Shown here piece after piece: positions 1-10,314 of a stretch of 64,000 nt of DNA. The notes beneath the pieces are model-generated. The model was not told the origin of the DNA. It made no database searches and was given only the letters and a program-made list of their open reading frames with translations. The translations under genes were made by a program, and so were the position numbers. The DNA is from an uncultured Gemmatimonadales bacterium. GTDB lineage: Bacteria > Gemmatimonadota > Gemmatimonadetes > Longimicrobiales > Gaopeijiaceae. Each line of letters starts with the position of its first letter. The first letter of the stretch is position 1. Location: the NCBI GenBank assembly GCA_963823035.1, contig CAWGKG010000023.1, forward strand, positions 160,001 to 224,000, read 5' to 3'.

Positions 1-2
1 CC

Positions 3-872
3 GCGAGGGTCGGCGGGCCGACGGCGCTCGCGCGGATGCATGCGCGGTTCGTACTGAACTCCGGAGACACGATCGCCTACATGCACGGGCTCTCCGCGGG
101 GCAGTACCGCGGACTGCGCACGGTGAGCCACAGCGGTGCCGACGCCGGCTACCGGAGTGTCTTCCTCCGCTTCCCCGAGCAGCGCCTCACGGTGGTGACG
201 CTGTGCAACTTCCCCTCCGCGGACCCGGCGGGTCGCGCCTACCGCGTCGCGGACGTCTACCTCGGCGACTTGATGGAGCCGCGCGCGGAGGCGGGCGGCA
301 CCCGCGCGGCGGACGAGAAGACGGTGCCGATGAGCGCGGCGGCGCTCCGCGCGCTGGCCGGCGCATACCGCGGGGAGCTCCCCGGCCAGGTGATCGGGAT
401 CCGCCTCGACGGCGACACGCTGCGCGCCGGGTTCGACGGCGGGCCGACGCTACGGCCGCTCGGGAACGACCGCTTCGAGGTGGTGGGGCCGGGCGTGGTG
501 GTTACGCTGCGCCCCGGCGCGAACGGCGCCGCCGCGACGCTCGAGATCCCCGGCCAGGGGACGTCCACCCGGGTCGAGGCGTGGCAGCCCTCCGACGCGG
601 AGCTGCGCGCGTTCCAGGGCGTGTACGTCTCGGACGAGCTGGGTACCGACTACCGCGTCGCGCTCGAGGACGGGGGGCTGGTGGTCCACCACCGCAAGCT
701 CGGGGACCGGTCGCTCACCCCCACCTTCGAGGACGCCTTCCTCCTGGACGGTGCTTCCGCGGTGTTCACACGGGACGCGGCCGGCGCCGTGGACGGGTTC
801 GGCCTGTCGGACGGGCGCGTGTGGAACGTCCGCTTCCGGCGCGTCCACGAAGAACGAGGGGGCGCTCGCTGA
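3..872 (+). CDS. Serine hydrolase (beta-lactamase/AmpC family), C-terminal part; 5' end lies outside the window
   Basis: Frame open from the window start. YxxGL...YRGLRTVSHSGADAGYRS...RFPEQRLTVVTLCN matches the family C-terminus, followed by accessory beta domains. Confidence 0.8.
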   Translation, partial: ARVGGPTALARMHARFVLNSGDTIAYMHGLSAGQYRGLRTVSHSGADAGYRSVFLRFPEQRLTVVTLCNFPSADPAGRAYRVADVYLGDLMEPRAEAGGTRAADEKTVPMSAAALRALAGAYRGELPGQVIGIRLDGDTLRAGFDGGPTLRPLGNDRFEVVGPGVVVTLRPGANGAAATLEIPGQGTSTRVEAWQPSDAELRAFQGVYVSDELGTDYRVALEDGGLVVHHRKLGDRSLTPTFEDAFLLDGASAVFTRDAAGAVDGFGLSDGRVWNVRFRRVHEERGGAR

Positions 873-912
873 CCGTTCGTCCGCGGCGCCCGCGGGCGGT
901 TTCCCAAGGGCC

Positions 913-941
913 TTGACCACGAAAGCTAATATTATTAGCCT
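913..941 (+). promoter_or_regulatory. Sigma70-like promoter overlapping a palindromic TetR-type operator
   Basis: TTGACC (913-918)-N17-TAGCCT (936-941). Perfect 7-1-7 palindrome GCTAATA-T-TATTAGC at 925-939, AT-rich in a GC-rich background, upstream of the hydrolase-TetR pair. Confidence 0.75.
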
Positions 942-972
942 TGTGGCTAGATACATGAGCCAGGAGACGACG

Positions 973-1845
973 ATGACACGCAAGAGTGCCGCAGACCCGA
1001 CGCCCGGAACGCCCCACAGGACCTCGCCGGACGAGGGGCGCACCCGATACCTGGACCGCCCCGGAGGCCGCATCGCCTGGGACGTCGCCGGCTCGGGTCC
1101 CCTCGTCGTGGCGGTGCCGGGGATGGGAGATCTGCGTTCGAACTTCCGCTTCCTGGCGCCCGCGCTGGTCGGCGCCGGCTACCAGGTGGCGACGATGGAC
1201 CTGAGAGGGCATGGCGAGAGCGACGCGACCTTCGAAACGTACGACGACGTGGCGGCGGGCTCGGACATCCTCGCGCTCGTCGAGCACCTGGGGGGCCCGG
1301 CGGTCCTGGTCGGCAACTCGATGGGCGCGGGCGCGGCGGTGTGGGCGGCGGCAGAGGACCCCACCGCCGTGAGCGGCCTGGTCCTCCTCGGACCGTTCGT
1401 CCGCAACGCGCCGGTCGGCCCCATCAAGACCCTCCTCTTCCGCCTCGCGATGATGCGGCCGTGGGGACGGAAGGTCTGGGACGCCTACATCCCGAGCCTC
1501 TACCCGGGGCGGCCGCCGGCCGATCTCGACCAGCACCGGGCCCGCATCCGCGAGAGCCTGCGCGGCCCCGACCGCTGGGCGGCCTTCTCCGCGACCACGC
1601 ACACCTCGCACGAGCCCGCGGCGGCGCGCCTCGCGGAGGTGCGGGCTCCCGCGCTCGTGGTGATGGGCGAGGCCGATCCGGACTTCCCCGATCCGGTGGC
1701 GGAGGCGCGCTGGGTGTCCGAGCGGGTGGGGGGCGCCGAGTCCCTCCTTGTCCCGCAAGCGGGACACTATCCCCACGCGGAGTACCCGGAGATCGTCGGC
1801 CCGGCCGTCATCTCCTTCCTCGAGCGGGTCGCTCCCCATGCCTAG
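973..1845 (+). CDS. Alpha/beta fold hydrolase
   Basis: DLRGHGES, nucleophile elbow GNSMG, D in GEADPD, H in AGHYPHAE. RBS AGGAG at 962-966; alternative ATG at 955. Confidence 0.9.
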   Translation: MTRKSAADPTPGTPHRTSPDEGRTRYLDRPGGRIAWDVAGSGPLVVAVPGMGDLRSNFRFLAPALVGAGYQVATMDLRGHGESDATFETYDDVAAGSDILALVEHLGGPAVLVGNSMGAGAAVWAAAEDPTAVSGLVLLGPFVRNAPVGPIKTLLFRLAMMRPWGRKVWDAYIPSLYPGRPPADLDQHRARIRESLRGPDRWAAFSATTHTSHEPAAARLAEVRAPALVVMGEADPDFPDPVAEARWVSERVGGAESLLVPQAGHYPHAEYPEIVGPAVISFLERVAPHA

Positions 1846-2416
1846 GGTCGGCCTGACCCAGGAGCGCGTCGTCGATGAGGCGGCCGCCCTCGCCGACGAG
1901 GTCGGCTACGACGGGCTCACGCTCGCCCGCCTCGCCCAGCGCTGCGGGGTGCGCGTCCCGAGCCTGTACAAGCACGTCGATGGGCTCGGCGCCCTGCGCG
2001 GGCTGGTGGCCGTACGCGCCGTGCGCGAGCTGGGTGACGACCTCCGGAGCGCGGCCGTGGGGCGCGCACGTACCGACGCCCTGAGCGCCGTCGCCGCCGG
2101 GTACCGCGCCTACGCGCGCCGGTATCCGGGGCGCTACGCGGCCACGCTGCGGGCCCCGTCCTCCGACGACGAGGCCCTCGCCGTCGCCGGCGCCGCGGTC
2201 CTCGACGTCGCCTTCGCCGTTCTCGCGGGCTACGGCATCGAGGGCGACGATGCGGTGGACGCGACGCGCGTCCTGCGCAGCGCTCTCCACGGCTTCGTCT
2301 CGCTCGAGGGAGCCGGTGGATTCGGCATGCCCCACGACGTCGATCGGAGCTTCGCGCGCCTGCTCGCCGGCCTCGACGCCGCCTTCGCGAGTTGGACGCA
2401 ACCCGCCGGAGCCTGA
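1838..2416 (+). CDS. TetR/AcrR family regulator (WHG-like C-terminus)
   Basis: HTH LTLARLAQRCGVRVPSLYKH and C-terminal SALHGFVSLE. Overlaps the hydrolase stop. Confidence 0.9.
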   Translation: MPRVGLTQERVVDEAAALADEVGYDGLTLARLAQRCGVRVPSLYKHVDGLGALRGLVAVRAVRELGDDLRSAAVGRARTDALSAVAAGYRAYARRYPGRYAATLRAPSSDDEALAVAGAAVLDVAFAVLAGYGIEGDDAVDATRVLRSALHGFVSLEGAGGFGMPHDVDRSFARLLAGLDAAFASWTQPAGA

Positions 2417-2476
2417 AGCGCCACCTCGGCTACGCCGAACCCGCCATCGCCACGCGGAGCACCATCGTCCCCGCGC

Positions 2477-3124
2477 TCACGGTCGGTCCCCACGGCGGTA
2501 GTCCTCGAACCGGGCGATCGCATCGGCCATCTCGGCGGCGTCGAGCAGCACGGGCTCTCCCACCTGCAACGCGCGCCAGTACACCTCGGCGAGGTGCTCC
2601 ACCTCCGCGAGCAGCGCGAGTGCCCCGTCGGGGGACGCGCCGAGCGTCACCACGCCGTGGTTGGCGAGGAGGCACGCCTGCCGCCCCTCCAGCGCCGCCA
2701 AGGCGTGCGCAGCGAGCTCGGACGAGCCGAACGGCGCATAGGGCGCGCACCGAATCGTGTCCCCGCCCGCGACGGCGACCATGTAGTGGAAGGGAGGAAG
2801 GTCGCGCCGCAGCGTGGCCAGCGTCGTGCAGAAGGTCGCGTGGGCGTGGACCACGGCGTGCGCGTCGGACCGGGCGCGGTACACCGCCGCGTGCAGCGGC
2901 CACTCCGTCGTGGGCTTCCGCCCGCCCTGAAGCACCCGGCCGTCGAGGTCGACGAGGACGAGGTCACCGTCCTCCATCTCCGAATACGGCACCGCGGAGG
3001 GCGTCACGAGCATCCCACCCGGCACGCGTGCGCTCACGTTGCCGGAGGTACCGGGAGTCAGGCCGCGACGACTCATCTCACGCGCGGCGCGCAACACCGC
3101 CTGCCGCCCGCCCTCGGCCGTCAC
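2477..3124 (-). CDS. Class II aldolase (FucA-like; probable methylthioribulose/5-deoxyribulose-1-P aldolase)
   Basis: [23 protein letters not shown] and LLANHG motifs. GTG start overlaps the mtnA stop (GTGA). Confidence 0.85.
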   Translation of the reverse strand: MTAEGGRQAVLRAAREMSRRGLTPGTSGNVSARVPGGMLVTPSAVPYSEMEDGDLVLVDLDGRVLQGGRKPTTEWPLHAAVYRARSDAHAVVHAHATFCTTLATLRRDLPPFHYMVAVAGGDTIRCAPYAPFGSSELAAHALAALEGRQACLLANHGVVTLGASPDGALALLAEVEHLAEVYWRALQVGEPVLLDAAEMADAIARFEDYRRGDRP

Positions 3125-4238
3125 GGCGCCCCTTCCGGCCCTTCGGGCCGCGCGTGCTCGGGGAAGAGGCGAGCGAGCCCCGCCGCGCTCGCCTCGGCGA
3201 TGCCACGCTCGGTGACGATCCCGGTGACGAGTCGGGCGGGCGTCACATCGAAGGCGGGGTTGGCGACCGGTGAGCCGGGCGCCACCACGCGGACCGTTCG
3301 GACCGCGCCGTCCTCCGCCTTCCCCGTGACGAGCGCGACCTCGTCGGCGGAGCGCTCCTCGATGGGAACATCGCGTCCGTCCCTCAGAGACCAGTCGATG
3401 GACGGCGAAGGCGCGGCCACGTAGAAGGGGACGCCGTTGTCCCTCGCGGCGAGCGCCTTGAGGTAGGTTCCGATCTTGTTCGCGACGTCGCCGTCGGCCG
3501 TCGTTCGGTCGGTGCCGACCAGGCAGAGATCCACACGCCCGCGCTGCATCAGGTGCCCGCCCGCGTTGTCCGTCACCACCGTGTGCGGCACGCCGTGCTG
3601 GCCCAGCTCCCACGCCGTCAGCCCCGCGCCCTGGTTGCGCGGACGGGTCTCGTCGACCCAGACGTGCACGGGAAGACCCTCGTCGTGCGCCAGATAGACG
3701 GGCGCGGTCGCCGTGCCCCAGTCGACCGTCGCGAGCCAACCGGCGTTGCAGTGCGTGAGGATCTCGACCGGCCGTCCCGGATGTTGCGCCGCCTGGGCCC
3801 GGATGAGCTCCAGGCCGTGCTCGCCGAGGCGCCGGTTGCGTACGACGTCGGCCTCGGCGATCTCGCCGGCCGCCCGATAGGCAGCTGCGGCAACGCTCCT
3901 CCGGTGGCAGCGCCGCGACGGCCGCCCGCACCCGCCCCAGCGCCCAGCGCAGGTTGATCGCCGTGGGGCGGGTGGCCAACAGCAGGTCCGTGGCCTCCGC
4001 AAGAGCACGGTCGGACGCCTCCCGCCGGAGCGCCAGGGCCAGGCCGTAGGCGGCGGTGGCGCCGATCAGCGGCGCGCCACGCACCTGCATCGTGCGGATC
4101 GCGTGCGCCGCCTCTTCCAGGGAGGCGAGGCTGGAGGAGCCGGAAGGCGTGCGGGAGGGCCGTCTGGTCCACGATGCGAAGGGACCAGCCGTCCTCGTCC
4201 AGGGAGATGCTCCGATGCGGGATGCCTTCTACCTTCAC
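3121..4238 (-). CDS. mtnA: S-methyl-5-thioribose-1-phosphate isomerase (frameshifts near 4130 and 3890)
   Basis: [60 protein letters not shown] and NPAFDVTP, spread over three frames. Confidence 0.9.
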
Positions 4239-4391
4239 ACGTTCGCCTTGGCTCCGAGGTCACCGCCCCGCCCCGGCGGGGCCGGCCACAACGATCGAGC
4301 GCCCTCCGTGTCCCGCACAAGGCCGCGGACACGGGCGGCGAGGAGGAAGCGTGCTGGAACAGGGAACGATGGGCGGCCGAGGTCCGTCGGC

Positions 4392-5712
4392 ATGAGCCTC
4401 CTGATCCAGGGGGCGGACGTGGACGGTCGTGTGCGCGACATCCGTATCGACGGCGGGCGGATCGCATCGATCGGGGACGCCGGAGCGCGCCTTCCGGGCG
4501 AGGCCGCCGCCGACCGCGTGATCGACGGGCACGGGCTGCACGCCTTCCCCGGGCTGCGGAACGCGCACACGCACGCCGCGATGACGCTCTTCCGCGGTTA
4601 CGGGGACGACCTCCCGCTCATGGAATGGCTGCGCACGCGCATATGGCCGGCCGAGGCGCTCCTCACCGAGGAGGACGTGTACGACGGCACGCGCCTCGCG
4701 CTGGTCGAGATGATCCGCTCCGGCACCGTCTGGTTCAACGACATGTACTGGCACCGGGACGGCGTGGTGCGCGCCGTCGAGGAGCTCGGCCTCCGGGCGC
4801 ACGTCGGGTCGGTGTTCATCGACCACGGGGACCCGTCCGGCGTACAGGCCGGCGCGATGCGCGACACCGTCCTGCGCCAGGTGGAGGAGCGGGAGGCGCT
4901 GGGACCGCGCCTTCGCCTCGCGCTCGCCCCTCACGCCATCTACACGGTGGCGCCCGAGAGCCTGTCGTGGATCGGCGCTCTGGCCGCCGAGCACGACCTC
5001 GTGCTGCACATCCACCTGTCGGAGACGCGCGCCGAGGCCGAGGCGTGCGTGGCGGAGCACGGCGTTCGCCCGGCGTTCTTCCTCGACCGGCTCGGGCTGC
5101 TCGGTCCGAACCTGGTGGTGGCGCACGGCGTCTACCTCGACGCCGACGAGATGGGGTTGCTCGGCCGACGCGGGCGCGACCGTCGTGACCAATCCGACCG
5201 CGAACATGAAGCTGGCCACCGGAGGGATCTTCGACGTTCCGGGCGCGGTGGCTGCGGGGCTGCGCGTCGCTCTGGGCACCGACGGCGCCGGATCGAACAA
5301 CAACCTCGACATGATCGAGGAGATGAAGACGCTCGCCCTGGTGCAGAAGCACCGGGCGGCGGATCCCACGGCCCTCACCGCCCGCGACGCCCTGGCGTTG
5401 GCCACCACCGCGCCGGCCGAGGCCTTCAGTCTCGGGAGCGGGCGGATCGAGGAGGGCGCGCCGGCCGACCTCATCCTCGCGGACCTCTCCCACCCGTCCA
5501 TCCAGCCGGTGCACGACGCCGTCTCGGCGCTGGTGTACGCCGCCAACGGCCGCGCCGTGCACACGACGATCTGCGACGGGCGTGTGCTCCTGCACGACGG
5601 CGTCCTGGAGGTGGCGGACGAGGCGGAGATCGTCGCCGCGGCGGTGGCGGCGGCCCGGGCGCTCGCGGAGCGGGCCGGTGCGCGCGAGCCGGCGGCCGCA
5701 ACGCGTCGATGA
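4392..5712 (+). CDS. mtaD: Amidohydrolase, MTA/SAH deaminase-like (frameshift near 5170)
   Basis: PGLRNAHTHAAMTLFRG, LAPHAIYT, HIHLSET, AHGV; then NPTANMKLATG, LGTDGAGSNNNLDM and GRIEEGAPADL in the second frame. Divergent from mtnA. Confidence 0.8.
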
Positions 5713-5865
5713 GGACGCGCGCCGGGCTGGCCATCGGGCGCAGAGGAATGGCCGCACCGGAGCCTTGCCGCTGCGGACGACCCTCCCCACCCTGACGGAG
5801 CCCGCCGTCGTGCCGCGCGGGTGCCTGATCCACCTGCCCCGAAACACCCGCAAGGCCCCCTGCCC

Positions 5866-6678
5866 ATGCGAGATCCGTTCATCCGGCTCCGGTCCGCCTC
5901 CCGTGCCCTCCCGCTGACTCTCCTGCTCGCCGCCCCCGTCGCGCCGGGCGGTACGGCCGTGCCACGGACCGTCCAGGACGGTCCGGGCGGCACGCGCGTG
6001 GTCGAGGTGCACGAGGGTGCCGCCGACCCGGCCGTGTCTCCCGACGGCGCGAGCGTCGCGCTCAGCGTGCTGGGGAAGATCTGGCGCGTGCCCTTCGGCG
6101 GTGGAGAGGCGACGCAGGTCACGGAGGGGGCAAGCTGGGACGGCGCTCCCGCGTGGTCGCCCGACGGCCGTTTCCTGGCGTACGCCGCCGGCCTCCCCGG
6201 GGGCACGGACTTGCGGGTCCACGACTTCGACACAGGTACCTTCGCGACGGTTCTGCACGTGGGCGGCACGATTCCCGCCCTGGCGTGGATGCCCGACGGC
6301 TCGGCGCTGTACTACGTGGACCAGCGCGGACAGTACGAGGCGCACCTCGGGCGGGCTCGCGAGAGCGTCCGCAGGATGGGACGCTTCGTGCGCAACGCCT
6401 GGGACGCCGGCGTGCCGATCCTGGCGGGCACGGACGACGGCAACCTCTTCGACGAGATGGACGACTACGCGGCCGCCGGCCTCCCGAACGCGGCCATCCT
6501 GCGTGCCGCGACGGCCAACGGCGCCCTCTGGCTCGGCCAGGAGGAGGAGTTCGGGACCCTGGAGCCAGGGCGGCGCGGAGACTTCGTCCTGGTGGACGGC
6601 GACCCGCTCGCGGAAATCTCGGATGCGCGCAAGGTGCGTCTCGTGGCCCAGGGCGGCCGCGTCGTCTTCCGGCGCTGA
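5866..6678 (+). CDS. Short secreted protein: PD40/TolB-like repeats joined directly to an amidohydrolase C-terminus (probably internally deleted)
   Basis: Signal-like N-terminus; PAVSPDG, PAWSPDG and LAWMPDG repeats; then GVPILAGTD, AATANGA and GTLEPGRRGDFVLVDGDPL. No HxH motif. Confidence 0.65.
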   Translation: MRDPFIRLRSASRALPLTLLLAAPVAPGGTAVPRTVQDGPGGTRVVEVHEGAADPAVSPDGASVALSVLGKIWRVPFGGGEATQVTEGASWDGAPAWSPDGRFLAYAAGLPGGTDLRVHDFDTGTFATVLHVGGTIPALAWMPDGSALYYVDQRGQYEAHLGRARESVRRMGRFVRNAWDAGVPILAGTDDGNLFDEMDDYAAAGLPNAAILRAATANGALWLGQEEEFGTLEPGRRGDFVLVDGDPLAEISDARKVRLVAQGGRVVFRR

Positions 6679-6690
6679 GCTCGGGAGCGG

Positions 6691-9017
6691 TCAGGCCAAC
6701 CGCAGGGCCCCCTGCCCCTCGACGGCGGCGCGTACGGTCGCCAGGAGCACCGAGCGCGCCGTGGGCTTCTGCAGCACGTCGCACGACCCGATGTCCGCCG
6801 ACAGGTCTCCCCGGACCGCGACGGGGTGACCGGACATGAGGATCACGGGCAGATGGGGCCGCAAGGCGCGGACCTCGCGCGCCAGCGCCATCCCACCCAG
6901 CCCGGGCATGTCGTGGTCCGTGAGCAGGAGATCGAAACGCGTCGGCGCCGACCTGAACTCCGCGAGCGCCGCCGCGGGGTCGGTGTGCCCCACCACCGTG
7001 TAGCCCTCCCCCCGGAGCGTGCGCTCACCGAGGCGCACGAGCTGCGGCTCGTCGTCGACGAGGAGCACGGTGCCGGCCCCACCGAACACCTCCTCTGCGG
7101 GCGGGACCTCGTCGATCAGGTCGACCTCGACGACGGGGAGGAACACGGTGAAGGCCGTGCCGACGCCGAGCTCGCTCTCCACCTCGATCTCGCCGCCCTG
7201 TGTCATGACGATGTCGTGCACGACGGAGAGCCCCAGCCCCGTGCCGTGCCCCGGACCCTTCGTGGTGAAGAAGGGCTCGAACACACGATCCCGCGTCTCC
7301 GGGGTCATACCCTCCCCGGTGTCCCGAACGCGGATCGACACCCACCCCGTCGCCGGGTACCCCGCGACCAGCGAGGCGTCGGAGCGCTCGGGCTCGCCGC
7401 ACGGCCCGACCTCCACCACGAGGGTGCCACCCTCGCTCATGGCCTGCGCCGCGTTGGAGCAGAGGTTCATCAGGATCTGTTGGAGCTGCGTGGCGTCTGC
7501 GACCACGATCGGCGTCTCGGGGTCCGCGACGGTGTGGATGTCGACCGTCGTGGGCGTCACGGCGCGAAGGAGATCGAGCGACTGCCGGACCGCCATGCCC
7601 AGGTCCAGCGGCTTGCGCTCGGCCTGGCTCGGCCTCGAGAACGCGAGGATGCGACCGGCGAGGTCCTTGGCGCGCTGCGCGGCCTCCATGACCTGCCCCA
7701 GGTCCTCGCGGGAGCTCTCCTCGACACCCTGGTCGCCCAGGACGATCTCCGTGTAGCCGATGATGACGGCCAGGAGGTTGTTGAAGTCGTGGGCGATGCC
7801 GCCCGCGAGCGTGCCGATCGTCTCGAGCTTCTGCGCCTGGAAGAGCTGTGCGACCAGGGCACGCTCGTGCTCCTGCGCCTCTTCCCGTTGGAGGATCTCC
7901 TTGCTGAGGCGCTCGTTCGCCTCGGTCAGGCGCGCGGTCCGCTCGCGCACCCGGTCCTCCATCTCGTCGCGCGCGTCCTCGAGCGCCCGGTTGAACGCGG
8001 CCTGTTCCGTCACGTCGTGGATGACCAGGGCGCTTCCCATCGGCGCCGGGGCGGTCGCGTCGAGCGCCACGCGCGTGCAGGCATAGGTCCGTGGTCCGTC
8101 CGGCGTCTCGACGACGTGCTCCATCGTGACGTCCAGGTTGGCCTTGAGCATGGACCGGAGCGGCCCCAGAACGTACGCCACGTCCTGCCCCATGGCCCCG
8201 GCCTGCGACACGCCCAGCACGCTGGCCGCCACGCCGTTCAGGTCGGTGACGCGTCCCTCCAGGTCCACCACGACCACGCCGTCGGAGATGATGTCCAGGA
8301 CCAGGTCCCGGGCCACGGGCGCCATGGTCAGGAAGCGCGGGTTGAGCGCAGCCACGCCCAGCGTCAGGCCTGAGATCGCGAAGAGGAAGACCGTCGGGTC
8401 GAGCGGCATGCAGGGGCGAGATCCCGACGATGTGCAGGATGTTGCCCACGAACGGCGCGGACGCGCCCACGCCGATGAGGATGCTCTGTCGGCGCCAGAG
8501 ACCCTTGCGATGGAACGCGCTGTCGACGATGAGCCCGAGCGCGGTCAGGAGGAGGAGGTACGAATACGCGACGTTGATCCAGAAGAAGGTCCCGTACTCC
8601 ACGTGCAGGAGCGACCACCCGTCGCCCTGCACGACGCCGATCTCACGCCAGATCAGGTGGTGCCGCTCGTTGGTCCACGCGAGGAGCATGGTGACGACGG
8701 GGAGCACGTGGGCGAGGACGACGAAGCGGGGTCGCCGCCAACCCCAGCGGCCCGTATACGTCAACGCGAGCCCCAGCATGCTGACGGGCACCAACGGGAT
8801 GGCCAGGTACTGCACCTTGGCGGCCAGCACCATGGTGGGGAGCGAGTCCGAGCCCAGCTCCCACATGTAGGCCAGCGTCCACAGGAGGACGCGCCGACGT
8901 CAGGGCGAGGTAGGGCCGCGCCGCGGCCGAGCGTCGCCGACGCCAACCCATGACAAAGAGCGCCACACCGAGCAGCGCGACGATGCCGAGCAACGACATC
9001 GACCGGGCCATCGTCAT
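6691..9017 (-). CDS. Hybrid sensor histidine kinase: N-terminal 7TM (HisKA_7TM-like), PAS, HisKA, HATPase, receiver (frameshifts near 8895 and 8410)
   Basis: TM region with WTNERHHLIW and [58 protein letters not shown]; receiver LLVDDE/DHDMPG. RBS GGAGG before 9017. Confidence 0.85.
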
Positions 9018-9262
9018 CACGACCTCCGTCGTCTCCACTCGGGGAACGGACTCTGCGGACACCGAAATCGTCACGCGGGGAGGCGCGCTTCGAGAACCTG
9101 TCTCCCAGTATCGGCACGTGGGGACGTTCTCCGAAGCGCGAGGATCGTCGCCCGCTTGCGGCGGGAGGACGCCGTCCATCCGGCACCCCGACGCCGGGAA
9201 CGCCGCGCCGAAGCGGCGTGTATGGCGAGGCTGGAAGCGACTCCTTCCGCCGCCGACGCCCC

Positions 9263-10231
9263 ATGCCCCGTGGTCTCGTTCCCCTCCTCTGGATCCTGAC
9301 GACCGCCTCGGCGGTCGCCGCGCCGCACGACGGTGCGCCCCCGGCGACGGCGTGGCTCGTGGCCGCGGACAGCTTCGGCCTCCTCCGCCCCGCCCCGCGC
9401 CCGCTCCCCTTCTTCTACGACCTCTACACCTTCCGGGGTGACGAGCAGCGCACGGCCGTGATCGCCGCGTTCGCAGTGCCCACGGGCGGGCTCGAGCGCG
9501 AGGAGGAGGGCGACGAAGTGCGGTACCGCTTCGACGTGACGCTGGTCCTCGCGGACACGGCGACGCGCGCCGTATACCGCACGGACGACACCGTCTTCGT
9601 GAGCGTGCCCCGGCCGCTCGCCGGCGAGCACCTGCTGGCGACGCACATCCAGGTGCTGGCGCCTCCCTCACGCAGCACGCTGCAGCGCGTGATCATGAAC
9701 GACGAGACCACGCCCGGCATCGGGCAGCTCTATACCTCGGCCTTCCCGATCCCCGACTACAGCGGCACCCGCCTCATGCTGAGCGACATCGCCATGGGGC
9801 TGCCCGACGCCCAGGCCGGGTGGATGCGCGGAGACGTCCGTCTGGCCCTCCTCCCCACGAGCCAGTTCCCGCAGGGCTCCTTCGACCTCTACTACGAGGT
9901 CTACAACCTGCCGCGCGGGAACCGATACGTCACCGAGATCACGATCGAGCCGGTGGACGAGTCCGGCGTTCCGGAGCCCGAGGCGGGCAGCGCCGTGCGC
10001 ACGACGTTCACCGCGGAGGCCGCGACCCTCCCCGACGCCTCGCTGGCCGAGCTGCGACGCGTCGACGCCACCCTCGACCGGGGTCGGTACCGGCTCACCG
10101 TAGCCGTCACCGATCAGGAGACGGGCGCGAGCGCCCGACGCTCCAGGCTCTTCCACGTGCAGGGGTGGGGGCCGGGCACGACGCTGGTTCCCGCCCTGCC
10201 GCGACGGAGCAAGGCGACCACGGGCTCCTAG
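9263..10231 (+). CDS. Hypothetical secreted beta-sandwich protein, resembling the C-terminal region of GWxTD-type proteins
   Basis: Signal peptide; LMLSDI, LYYEVYNL and GRYRLTVAVTD motifs. Family call from recalled similarity only. Confidence 0.5.
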   Translation: MPRGLVPLLWILTTASAVAAPHDGAPPATAWLVAADSFGLLRPAPRPLPFFYDLYTFRGDEQRTAVIAAFAVPTGGLEREEEGDEVRYRFDVTLVLADTATRAVYRTDDTVFVSVPRPLAGEHLLATHIQVLAPPSRSTLQRVIMNDETTPGIGQLYTSAFPIPDYSGTRLMLSDIAMGLPDAQAGWMRGDVRLALLPTSQFPQGSFDLYYEVYNLPRGNRYVTEITIEPVDESGVPEPEAGSAVRTTFTAEAATLPDASLAELRRVDATLDRGRYRLTVAVTDQETGASARRSRLFHVQGWGPGTTLVPALPRRSKATTGS

Positions 10232-10314
10232 GGAAGGCGTCGGCCGGGCTTGCGTCGACTCCCCCGGCATCGTCGGTTGGGCTACGCTCGCCCCACTCCA
10301 GCGCGGAGCCCGTC

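Noticed and set aside
4240..4391. Possible SAM/SAH riboswitch between mtnA and mtaD (hairpin CCGTGTCC...GGACACGG at 4306-4334)
   Set aside because: A hairpin is present, but I could not match the conserved cores of the SAM-I, SAM-II or SAH riboswitches. An Infernal/Rfam scan would decide.
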